From a virus (taxonomy: Duplodnaviria > Caudoviricetes): a stretch of DNA of 64,000 bases. Of this stretch, positions 1 to 8,331 are shown in pieces. Below the pieces are notes generated by a model. That model was not told the origin of the DNA, did not search any database, and worked only from the letters and a program-made list of their open reading frames with translations. Location: IMG/VR virus record IMGVR_UViG_3300029286_001711. One strand, given 5' to 3'. How positions within the stretch are numbered: the first letter of the stretch is position 1; every line of letters starts with the position of its first letter. Position numbers and translations under genes: made by a program.

Positions 1-506
1 CCCATTTTCTTAAAAACAGAGATTACATCGGAGTCACTAGCACCTGTAAGGTCCATAGTTTCAACATCAGTTTCGTCACCTAGACCTAAGTCAGTGTTAT
101 CCTCACCGCCGAAATCAAGACCACCTAAATCAGTGTCTTCACCTCCGTCGTCAAGTCCACCTAAGTCTAAGTCAATATCTTCAGTGTCATCTAAATCTTC
201 GTCCTCGTCTCCAAGTTCAAGATCTAATTCACCTTCAATACCTTCTTCACCTTCTGTGTTTTCGTCCTCATCACCTTCTCCTTCAACTTCGTCATCAGAA
301 TCCAATTCTAAGTCCAAATCTAATTCATCCTCTTCCTTCAAATTCCTTTTTTTCTTCGAACCAGTTAATGATTCCTTTACCATTTCTTCAATTTCTGAAC
401 CCATTGTGTGAGCCAGTATTTCTTTTGCGTTGGATTTGAAAGTGGCGTCAATTTGTGATGCCTCAAGAAGAGCTTCCTCAATAATCGATTTCTTTTCGTT
501 TGCCAT
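1..506 (-). CDS. Prohead core/scaffold-like protein (runs off window start)
   Basis: Manual translation from ATG at 506: MANEKKSIIEEALLEASQIDATFKSNAKEIL...VKESL, then a long D/E/G-rich tract, open to base 1; downstream of the prohead protease; ATATTTAT motif at 565-572. Confidence 0.65.
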   Translation of the reverse strand, partial: MANEKKSIIEEALLEASQIDATFKSNAKEILAHTMGSEIEEMVKESLTGSKKKRNLKEEDELDLDLELDSDDEVEGEGDEDENTEGEEGIEGELDLELGDEDEDLDDTEDIDLDLGGLDDGGEDTDLGGLDFGGEDNTDLGLGDETDVETMDLTGASDSDVISVFKKM

Positions 507-650
507 TTTCAATTTATTTTGTTTATGGTTATTTTACTTGCAAGTATATCTGCAAGATTTCTAAATAAATATGTTTGCCAAACGCAAAGTGCAAATAGTC
601 AAGAGAAATAAGTGAAAATTTTTATTTAAAATGGTGGATATTTATTATTA

Positions 651-1124
651 ATGAAAAGAAACATTAAAAATATCTTAAGAGAATTTACTGAAAACCGTAT
701 CAAAACTGAGAATTTTGATAAAAAAGTAGATTATATGCAAAAGAAAGCAAAAGAAAATTCAAACTATCCTGAGGCTACAGAAAAAGTTAGTTACATGAAA
801 GATAAGATAGAAAAAGATGTTAGAGACGCATATATTGATGTAACTGGTGAAGAACCCGTTAATGATGAAATTGTTATTACCGTTGATGATAACATTAAAG
901 ACGGTAAGATTGGATCATTCAAACATCCAGAAAATGGAAAAGACCTTGGAGATATGAAAATACACCCCAAGGCCTTAAAAGATACAGAATACGTTAAAGA
1001 TATTATTAAACACGAATTAATTCATGCAGCTCACGGAGTTGAAGACACCGAAGGTAGAAACCATGGTGGTGTGTTTCAAAAAGTGGCTGACCGTGTTGGT
1101 TTACCTAAAAAATATCGTAATTAA
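651..1124 (+). CDS. SprT-like zinc metalloprotease domain protein
   Basis: HELIH (HExxH) followed by HGGVFQKVADRVG, SprT-like pattern; ATATTTAT at 638-645. Confidence 0.65.
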   Translation: MKRNIKNILREFTENRIKTENFDKKVDYMQKKAKENSNYPEATEKVSYMKDKIEKDVRDAYIDVTGEEPVNDEIVITVDDNIKDGKIGSFKHPENGKDLGDMKIHPKALKDTEYVKDIIKHELIHAAHGVEDTEGRNHGGVFQKVADRVGLPKKYRN

Positions 1125-1372
1125 GATTTAGATACCACCTTAACTGGTTCAGGAACTGTAACAACATCTTCAATGTCACTCTTAGTTGCCCCAACTACTT
1201 CATAATCCAAAACAGAATCCTTTAAATACAAACGTACACGAGCCTCAGCTTCAGTACAAGTCATTGCATCCACAAGATACTTAGTTTTAATTTTTTTTAA
1301 TTTACCATTTTGTTCGTTAATTGTTTCGAACTCAACCTTTACAAGGTAATACTTTGCTACATTATCTTCCAT
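1121..1372 (-). CDS. DUF4494-like protein (Bacteroidota family)
   Basis: YYLVKVEFE...KYLVDAMTCTEAEARV resembles DUF4494. Confidence 0.65.
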   Translation of the reverse strand: MEDNVAKYYLVKVEFETINEQNGKLKKIKTKYLVDAMTCTEAEARVRLYLKDSVLDYEVVGATKSDIEDVVTVPEPVKVVSKS

Positions 1373-1401
1373 AATTTATAATTTTATATAATAATTTTAT
1401 C

Positions 1402-1433
1402 AAAAAAAAAGGGATATGTAAATCATATCCCCT
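1402..1433 (-). terminator. Intrinsic terminator
   Basis: GGGATATG/CATATCCC stem followed by a T9 run on the minus strand. Confidence 0.7.
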
Positions 1434-1456
1434 TATTTAATATTTTTATTTGTATA

Positions 1457-1924
1457 TTACTCTTCGTTATCTAAATCTCTTGGAGTAGGTTTACCGCCTC
1501 TAAGATGACCTAAATGTTTCTTCTCTACATTAATAAGTGACTCTCTTAATTTTTTTAAGGGTTCATCCATAGATGTTAAAAAACTTTCCATTTCTTTTCT
1601 AAAAGTATCGTCTAACATATCTGAATGAACGTTTTCAATACCTTTTAAAGCCTCAACAATTTTATTATAATTTCCTTTTACAATACCTAGATACGCACCA
1701 GCGTGTTGTGCGTACATATTGGGGTCGTCATAACCACCAATTTCATTAATTCTACTTTCTTTTATTATATTATTTTTGTGTTTTTCTATTATAGATTCAA
1801 CACTTTCATAACCTCTTTTATCTACCGATTTAAGTTTATCTAAGAAAGTATTTAAAGACATATCCAATAATTTAGGATTCCAATCTTCTCCGTGGTGTTC
1901 TTTAAGTCTTCGGTTGTTTTTCAT
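1457..1924 (-). CDS. Hypothetical protein, putative virion protein
   Basis: 155 aa ORF; ATATTTAT at 1993-2000; LKE/IKE/INE motifs. Confidence 0.6.
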   Translation of the reverse strand: MKNNRRLKEHHGEDWNPKLLDMSLNTFLDKLKSVDKRGYESVESIIEKHKNNIIKESRINEIGGYDDPNMYAQHAGAYLGIVKGNYNKIVEALKGIENVHSDMLDDTFRKEMESFLTSMDEPLKKLRESLINVEKKHLGHLRGGKPTPRDLDNEE

Positions 1925-2005
1925 TTTTTTTCTGCTAGCTGCTTTTTGATCTTTTTTGCTTAAGCTGCTTTTTGCTAAAGCAGCTGCAAAAAATAAATAT
2001 CTTAT

Positions 2006-2824
2006 TTATCTTAAAAAATTATTTAATCCTTGTAATAATTTTTGATTTTTCGTGTTGGTAATATCAGTGAAGGGGATTGTTGTTGGCTTATATTCTTCTA
2101 CTAAGCTCCATTGACAAGTGTATCCATTACAACCCATTTTATTTTCTACCGATTCAGTATATGTTTTTAAATCTGAAGAATCTGAAGATATCCACGAACC
2201 TGGGGTTGATGGTGAAGTTACAATATCCCAACAAATTAATTCGAAGTCGTCTTGAACAACATTCTTACCACCTTCTTGTTTAAGGGATCCAACACCACGA
2301 GATGAAATACCAACTGTCCAACCTTTTCTAATCATGTTGACAACCTTGTCACCGACAGAACTAATAACACCTAATTTATGATAACCTGGGGTAGTATCTA
2401 GTTCTAATTTACCCATTAAGGTTTTACCTTCCCACCAAGTTTCTGTGATTCTATGCGAAACTCTATCAGCATCAATGATTGATGATTCTGGGTGGTTTAA
2501 TTCACCAAGTGAGGTTCCCATTTTAATATATTCTTGATATCTATCATTTTCTCTTTCAAGAATCTCTTTAGGATATATCCTTCCGTTTTTATTTTCAATA
2601 CCCCATTTTTGAAGTACGGCATAAACAATAACCACATCAGGCAAACTACCGTCTTTACCGATATTTGTACCTGATTTAAATTCATTTAATGTTAATAAAT
2701 GTTCTTTAATTAAATCGGAATTCTTTCTACCTTTGTATGTTAAATCAGGGGAAATGTATCCAGAGTCGTATTCAACTAAAATACCTTTACCTGTATCACC
2801 TGGTCTTAAAATTTTCATATGCAA
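2006..2824 (-). CDS. Prohead protease (T4 gp21-like)
   Basis: N(K)NGRIYP, GELNHP, VSH, GISSRGVGS, WDIVTSPSTPG motifs; head gene context. Confidence 0.92.
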   Translation of the reverse strand: MHMKILRPGDTGKGILVEYDSGYISPDLTYKGRKNSDLIKEHLLTLNEFKSGTNIGKDGSLPDVVIVYAVLQKWGIENKNGRIYPKEILERENDRYQEYIKMGTSLGELNHPESSIIDADRVSHRITETWWEGKTLMGKLELDTTPGYHKLGVISSVGDKVVNMIRKGWTVGISSRGVGSLKQEGGKNVVQDDFELICWDIVTSPSTPGSWISSDSSDLKTYTESVENKMGCNGYTCQWSLVEEYKPTTIPFTDITNTKNQKLLQGLNNFLR

Positions 2825-2845
2825 AGTTTTATTAATAAATATGCC

Positions 2846-2863
2846 ATAAATATCGATATTTAT
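2846..2863. promoter_or_regulatory. Back-to-back putative late promoter motifs (palindrome ATAAATATCGATATTTAT)
   Basis: Perfect 18-bp palindrome between divergent genes 2824(-) and 2869(+); each half gives ATATTTAT on one coding strand. Confidence 0.65.
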
Positions 2864-2868
2864 CTTAT

Positions 2869-4809
2869 ATGAAGAATGTGGTTAGAAAAATCTTAAAAGA
2901 GAATGATTTTGATTGGGTCGGTGATATATTAAATTCAGAATATTTCCCTGCAACACCAGATATGTTAACCGTAGGTACAAAAATTATTGTAGACGGACGT
3001 GAATTAGATGATGATGAAATTACCCTGGATGAATGGGAAATGGAACCTGGAACTATAATTTCTATTGAAAAATACAATGATAATGATATTATATTAGTTA
3101 AATTTGATAATTGGATTAGTCCAGAGGGTAACAATATTGTCTTAAACTCCAGCCCAATGTGGAAAAATAAAAGGGAGGAATGTGCCGGAGATAATTGTTG
3201 GTCTTTTGTGAGAGAATATAGAAAATACCCCAATGAAGTTGATATTGACATATACTTACTAAACCCTAATTATAAAGAAAAATTGAAAGAAGAAACTATA
3301 AGAAGAGAATTAAAAATGGAACTACCAGATTCCGTATTAAGAATGAACCGTATTTTTAAAGAAAACGGTCATGAATTATATGTTGTTGGTGGTGCTGTTA
3401 GAGATTTATTAAATAAACAAGAGCCAAAAGATTTTGATTTGGCAACTGATGCTACACCAGAAAAAGTTAAATCCATGTTACGTATGTATCGTACGATAGA
3501 TATGGGGGAACAATTCGCTATTGTTAATGTTGTTACAGAAAATGGTCAATATGAGATTGCCACATTCCGTAAGGATATTGGTAAAGGTAGAAGACCCGAT
3601 TCAGTAGAGTATACTTCAATCGACCAAGATGTATTACGTAGAGATTTAACAATGAATGCTCTTTTCTATGATATAGATAAGGGTGAAGTAGTTGACTTGG
3701 TTGGTGGTATTGGTGACATAGAAAGTAACATAGTTAGGACCGTTGGTTCCGCATCCGAACGCTTTGATGAAGATAAGTTACGTATACTTAGAGCACTTAG
3801 GTTTGCAGCTAGAGTGGGTTCTGAATTAGATAAAGACATTATTGATGCAATAACCAAAGATAAAACACCCATTAGTGGTAATGGTTTACCGTTATCTCAA
3901 GAAAGAATTAGAGATGAATTTTTAAAAGGTATTAAACAGGCACAATCTGTTGGTTATTTTACTCAGATGATTGACAAGTATAATTTATGGGATTGGATAT
4001 TCTCACGTCTAGTAGTTACAACGGAACCAATGATTGAGACTAAAAATCCTTTAATATTAATAGCTACTTTATTGAGAAGTAACGATGTTAGATTAGTTGA
4101 AAAAACTTTAGTTGACAGACTTAAGTATACTTCAGACGAGGGTAAACAGATTAGTTTCTTAATACAGTTTTTAGGTTTAAACTCTAGTAATGCATTTAAA
4201 TTGAGGGAAAAATTTGAAACTAGTAAATTAGATGAAACAACTTTAATTGATTTCGCTAGATTTAACGGTATGAATATGAAATTAGTCGAAGCTTTCATAA
4301 AATATCGTATTACTACATCTGGTGATGCTCTTAAAAGAAGGGGGTTAGTGGGTAAGGAAATTGGTAATGAAAAGGAGAGATTAGAAAAAGAGATTTTTGA
4401 TAAACTCATAACCGAATCTAAAAGAAGTGTCTCCTATTCAGCTATAGTATTAACTGAAGAATCTAGAAGTAGACTACTTGAGTACGTTAAGACACCTGGT
4501 AATGATTTATTTGCAACTTGGGAAACTTTAGCTCACCATATGACTATTAATATGGGACCATTAAAAGATGAATACCGACCATTATTAGGTCAGTCATTTG
4601 ATTTATTGATTACTCACATCGGTAGAACGGATAAAGTTTTAGCTGTTAAAGTAGATACCGAATTTAGAACCAAAAATTTAAACCCGCATATTACTGTGGC
4701 GGTAAATAAAGGTGAGGGTGGTAAACCAGCAATGGCAAATCAAATAGACCAATGGACCCCTGTATACCCTTTCGAAGTGGAAGGTAAACTAGAAGAAATA
4801 TATTTCTAA
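2869..4809 (+). CDS. cca: tRNA nucleotidyltransferase (CCA-adding/PolyA_pol family) with N-terminal extra module and C-terminal 2H phosphoesterase
   Basis: VGGAVRD, DFD, TFRKD, RRDLTMNAL, EDKLRILRALRF, SQERIRDE; C-terminal HMTI and HITV = two Hx(T/S) motifs. Confidence 0.88.
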   Translation: MKNVVRKILKENDFDWVGDILNSEYFPATPDMLTVGTKIIVDGRELDDDEITLDEWEMEPGTIISIEKYNDNDIILVKFDNWISPEGNNIVLNSSPMWKNKREECAGDNCWSFVREYRKYPNEVDIDIYLLNPNYKEKLKEETIRRELKMELPDSVLRMNRIFKENGHELYVVGGAVRDLLNKQEPKDFDLATDATPEKVKSMLRMYRTIDMGEQFAIVNVVTENGQYEIATFRKDIGKGRRPDSVEYTSIDQDVLRRDLTMNALFYDIDKGEVVDLVGGIGDIESNIVRTVGSASERFDEDKLRILRALRFAARVGSELDKDIIDAITKDKTPISGNGLPLSQERIRDEFLKGIKQAQSVGYFTQMIDKYNLWDWIFSRLVVTTEPMIETKNPLILIATLLRSNDVRLVEKTLVDRLKYTSDEGKQISFLIQFLGLNSSNAFKLREKFETSKLDETTLIDFARFNGMNMKLVEAFIKYRITTSGDALKRRGLVGKEIGNEKERLEKEIFDKLITESKRSVSYSAIVLTEESRSRLLEYVKTPGNDLFATWETLAHHMTINMGPLKDEYRPLLGQSFDLLITHIGRTDKVLAVKVDTEFRTKNLNPHITVAVNKGEGGKPAMANQIDQWTPVYPFEVEGKLEEIYF

Positions 4810-4810
4810 T

Positions 4811-4836
4811 AAAAAACCCCGATTTCTCGGGGTTTT
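4811..4836. terminator. Bidirectional intrinsic terminator
   Basis: AAAAAACCCCGA-TTTC-TCGGGGTTTT between convergent genes. Confidence 0.8.
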
Positions 4837-4842
4837 GTGTTT

Positions 4843-5274
4843 CTAGTTCTTTTTCCTGTAAAATTTAAAATCTTCATCAACTTCAAATACATCGGTTATT
4901 ATCTTTTCCGATATCTTATTAAGTTTTGGTAGTAGTTTATCTGAATTAACTGGTGTTGGTTCCTTCTGGAATAACGTCATCTCTACAGACATAAAACTTC
5001 TTTTATCATGTGAAATACCTGATGATGCCATATTAAAATCCACTATTGCTTTACCAAAAAAATGATTTGTATCTAATACTTCAAATAATTTTCTCTTAAT
5101 TTTTTTAGATTTTTGTTTTATAACACCGTCAAAATTTTCCTCATACTTATTTTTTGGTTTTCCCCACGCTGATATCTGAATATAAATTGATTCAGGATTT
5201 CTGTTGTCAACCGTACCCGATATCACATTGTAGTCGTAAGGTAGATTTAATCTAATCTCTTTTCCTCTTTTCAT
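4843..5274 (-). CDS. Hypothetical protein
   Basis: 143 aa ORF directly downstream of GS. Confidence 0.6.
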   Translation of the reverse strand: MKRGKEIRLNLPYDYNVISGTVDNRNPESIYIQISAWGKPKNKYEENFDGVIKQKSKKIKRKLFEVLDTNHFFGKAIVDFNMASSGISHDKRSFMSVEMTLFQKEPTPVNSDKLLPKLNKISEKIITDVFEVDEDFKFYRKKN

Positions 5275-5278
5275 GAAA

Positions 5279-6433
5279 CTATTGTTTTATTTGCTCCATT
5301 GTTATTCCAACCTTGTCAAATACAGTTTCAATCATCACTTTTGATACACAATAAGGGTCACAGTTAGCCGCTGGTCTTCTATCTTCAAAATAACCCCTCT
5401 CGTTGGTATAAGTAGCAACAGGTATACGAATACTCGAACCCCTATCACTATTACCAAAACTAAATTCTTCCATACTTGAAGTTTCGTGTCTACCTGTTAA
5501 ACGTTTTTCATTTTCAACACCATATACATCGATGTGTTCTTTGTGACGTTCTTTTAGTTTTTCACAAGCTTCAAGAATCTTTTTTAATCCACCTTTATCA
5601 CGCATTTCTTTTGTTGAAAAATTAACGTGACAACCACTACCGTTCCAATTACCTTCAACTGGTTTTGGACTGTAAGAAATACCGAACCCATGTTTTTCAA
5701 CAACTCTTTCAAGTATGTATCGTGAAAGCCATAACTGATCCGAACCGTTAAGTGCTGTAACAGGACCTATTTGGTACTCCCATTGAGCAATTAAAACTTC
5801 AGCATTAATACCACCAATCATTAAACCGATTTCAGCACATTTATGTAAATGTTCCTCAACTAATTCTCGTCCGATAACATTTAAACCACCCACACCACAA
5901 TAGTAGTCACCCTGTGGTCTTGGTTTACCATCTGGTCCTGGATTAAACCCTAACGGGATTCCACCACCATATTTAAAATGATTTGTTTTATCTGGAGCGT
6001 GTGTAAGTACATATTCTTGCTCCCATCCGAACCACGGAACTTCTTTTAAGTTCGCATCGTATTCTTTTAATTTGAGTTCATTAAGAAGGTCTCTTAATTT
6101 AGCTCTTGTATTTGATTTATGTGGGGTTTTACCATCTGGGTTGAATACCTCACAATAAACTAATTTATGTTGATTCCCTCTAAAAGGATCGTCTACAACA
6201 TAGACGGGTTTTAGTACACAATCTGTACCCTTAAAACCATACTTTTCTTCGTCTCCAGCTTGTTTAGTTGAACTGCCATCAAAACTCCATAACGGATAAG
6301 ATTCAGGATACCCTTGTTTAGGTTGCCCATCTGTTTCTAGGATATCAGTATTATCCACCACTTTAGTTTTAGACCTAATATTTTGTGGGATATTACCATC
6401 AAGCCAAATGTACTCTAAAAATACTTTACTCAT
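5279..6433 (-). CDS. glnII: Glutamine synthetase type II
   Basis: EYIWLDG, RSKTK, WSFDGSST, FGWEQEY, INAEV, QWEYQIGP, WNGSGCH, RLTGRHET, RGSSIRIP, EDRRPAANCDPY. Confidence 0.95.
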   Translation of the reverse strand: MSKVFLEYIWLDGNIPQNIRSKTKVVDNTDILETDGQPKQGYPESYPLWSFDGSSTKQAGDEEKYGFKGTDCVLKPVYVVDDPFRGNQHKLVYCEVFNPDGKTPHKSNTRAKLRDLLNELKLKEYDANLKEVPWFGWEQEYVLTHAPDKTNHFKYGGGIPLGFNPGPDGKPRPQGDYYCGVGGLNVIGRELVEEHLHKCAEIGLMIGGINAEVLIAQWEYQIGPVTALNGSDQLWLSRYILERVVEKHGFGISYSPKPVEGNWNGSGCHVNFSTKEMRDKGGLKKILEACEKLKERHKEHIDVYGVENEKRLTGRHETSSMEEFSFGNSDRGSSIRIPVATYTNERGYFEDRRPAANCDPYCVSKVMIETVFDKVGITMEQIKQ

Positions 6434-6514
6434 AATTTTGCCATTTGTTAGAAATTATTATATAGTCAATTATACTAATTATAATTGATAGAGGAAACCC
6501 CTATCTTTAAACTA

Positions 6515-6539
6515 AAAGACCTCGTTTATCGAGGTCTTT
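6515..6539. terminator. Hairpin/terminator
   Basis: AAAGACCTCG-TTTAT-CGAGGTCTTT perfect stem after the 6546 stop. Confidence 0.65.
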
Positions 6540-6545
6540 AATTTT

Positions 6546-6857
6546 TTACTGTACAGGTGATGTTGGTTCTTCTGGTGTGATAGGTTCCATTCCTAATCCC
6601 TCCTTAGATTTACGATACCCCAATAATCCAGCCCCAGTCATTATCGTACCAGTGGCGAATAATAGAACGTTAGCTGATTCTGGTGATTTTGTATATAATG
6701 AAGAGATTGCCCCCATTACACCTACAATACCACCAATGAATACTAGGTAAATACCACAAGTTCCTGAACCAGATGTTTTACCGTTATTATTACTTGTCAT
6801 TTGTGCAAAAGAAAATTTATTAATATCTATTTGCGTGATGTCTTTTAAGTTTGCCAT
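6546..6857 (-). CDS. Two-TM membrane protein (holin-like candidate)
   Basis: Two hydrophobic segments (IYLVFIGGIVGVMGAI; VLLFATGTIMTGAGLLG). Confidence 0.5.
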   Translation of the reverse strand: MANLKDITQIDINKFSFAQMTSNNNGKTSGSGTCGIYLVFIGGIVGVMGAISSLYTKSPESANVLLFATGTIMTGAGLLGYRKSKEGLGMEPITPEEPTSPVQ

Positions 6858-7198
6858 TAGAAAAATGTTTTAATTGCTACTATTATTGATAAAACAATTT
6901 GAATAAATGCTAATATTGCAACTGTTGCAGTCCAACGATTTTTTTGTTTATAAAGTTCATCTTTAGATTCTTTCATTTGGGTCGGTGACCAAACTTCATT
7001 AACCTTTTCTTGCCAAGCTTTAAGTTCGGATGTCAATTCCTTAGTGTTTTTTACATCACTAAGTTTATCGTTTATTTCTTTAAATCTTTCATCGAAATCA
7101 CTTCTAAGGTTCTCGTAGTTGTTGTTCATCCTATCGAGTTCCTTAAGAACTAATTTTGAGTATTCAGCCCAAAGAGATTTAAAATCACTATTTTCCAT
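6857..7198 (-). CDS. Coiled-coil protein with C-terminal TM anchor
   Basis: Heptad-like N-terminal region; TVAILAFIQIVLSIIVAI at the C terminus. Confidence 0.55.
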   Translation of the reverse strand: MENSDFKSLWAEYSKLVLKELDRMNNNYENLRSDFDERFKEINDKLSDVKNTKELTSELKAWQEKVNEVWSPTQMKESKDELYKQKNRWTATVAILAFIQIVLSIIVAIKTFF

Positions 7199-7452
7199 TA
7201 TACCATTTGTTTTACACCCTCAAATACAGCAATAATTGATGTAAAGAGTGCTTCATAATTTTTTAGTTTAACCCTATCATTTTGTTCATGGGTTAAATTA
7301 TTTAACCCGTCATGAATTAAACCGTTAATTTTATCTGTTAATTCGTCATGATAAGGTATTGATTCTTCCATTTCAAAAATCTCTTTTTGTGACTCCATTT
7401 TGCCCACAATTTCACGTAATTTTTTTAAATTATCTGAATTTTTATTAACCAT
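7198..7452 (-). CDS. Hypothetical protein
   Basis: 84 aa ORF, translationally coupled. Confidence 0.55.
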   Translation of the reverse strand: MVNKNSDNLKKLREIVGKMESQKEIFEMEESIPYHDELTDKINGLIHDGLNNLTHEQNDRVKLKNYEALFTSIIAVFEGVKQMV

Positions 7453-7470
7453 TTAAAACTAAGTTTTAAT

Positions 7471-8292
7471 TTAATTTGTTAAACTATTTTTTAAGTTATA
7501 TACCTTTGTAATATTTTCTTTAAACGTATCTTCACTATACACTATGTTATAAACAACATCTTTAGCTTCCAATAATTTTGATTTAATATCTAAACTACCG
7601 CCATATTCTTTAAGTGCGTTATTAATTAAAACAATGGATTCTTTTACCATGGTTTTTAAAAAAGCCTCTTTTTCTTTATCATCTGTAGACATAATAGTTT
7701 TAATAACTTTTTTCTCCTCTTCTGATAGTGTTGAATATTTTTCGTTGTACTTATCTACAGCACTGTTTAAAAATTTGTTAGCGTCTACTGTTGGTTTTTT
7801 AGTACTTTCCAAAATTTCTTTAGGTGTGGTTAACCATTTTTTAACTACCTCAAAAGATTCATGAAGTGTGTTAAGTGTCTCAACCGATTTCTCTAATGTA
7901 ATTAGGTTGTTTATTGCCTCGTGAATGTTTTTAGGTTTATTTAATAACATAGTACTAGTTGATTGAAACATTTCACCTGGTACTAAATAACTTTTATAAA
8001 TAACATTTAATTTATCACCTAATTTAATATTTTCTTTAATAATATCTTTTTTATTAAAATTATCGAAAAGAGAAATGTTTTCTTTCAAATATTCAACAGC
8101 ACTAACCTCAGAAGGTAAATACCCGTTCTCAATATTTTTATAAACAACAAATTGTGCTTTAAGAATAGGGTTTTCAACTAAATTTTTTATAAAATTTTTG
8201 TAAATTTTTTTATCCTTACTATTTTTAGATTCCGTTATATAGGAATTCGCTAAAAATTTAGCGTATATATCTTTAATTGTTCCGAAATTCAT
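7471..8292 (-). CDS. Hypothetical protein adjacent to portal (likely head assembly)
   Basis: 273 aa; ATATTTAT at 8307-8314; position next to portal. Confidence 0.6.
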   Translation of the reverse strand: MNFGTIKDIYAKFLANSYITESKNSKDKKIYKNFIKNLVENPILKAQFVVYKNIENGYLPSEVSAVEYLKENISLFDNFNKKDIIKENIKLGDKLNVIYKSYLVPGEMFQSTSTMLLNKPKNIHEAINNLITLEKSVETLNTLHESFEVVKKWLTTPKEILESTKKPTVDANKFLNSAVDKYNEKYSTLSEEEKKVIKTIMSTDDKEKEAFLKTMVKESIVLINNALKEYGGSLDIKSKLLEAKDVVYNIVYSEDTFKENITKVYNLKNSLTN

Positions 8293-8331
8293 AATTCTTT
8301 TTTTATATAAATATTATAATTTTATAGTAAG

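Noticed and set aside
94-411. Ser-rich + strand ORF
   Set aside because: Antisense shadow of the acidic scaffold gene on the minus strand
2077-4409. Several nested ORFs (2077, 2497, 2865, 3666, 3963)
   Set aside because: Fully overlap the well-supported protease or CCA genes; shadow ORFs
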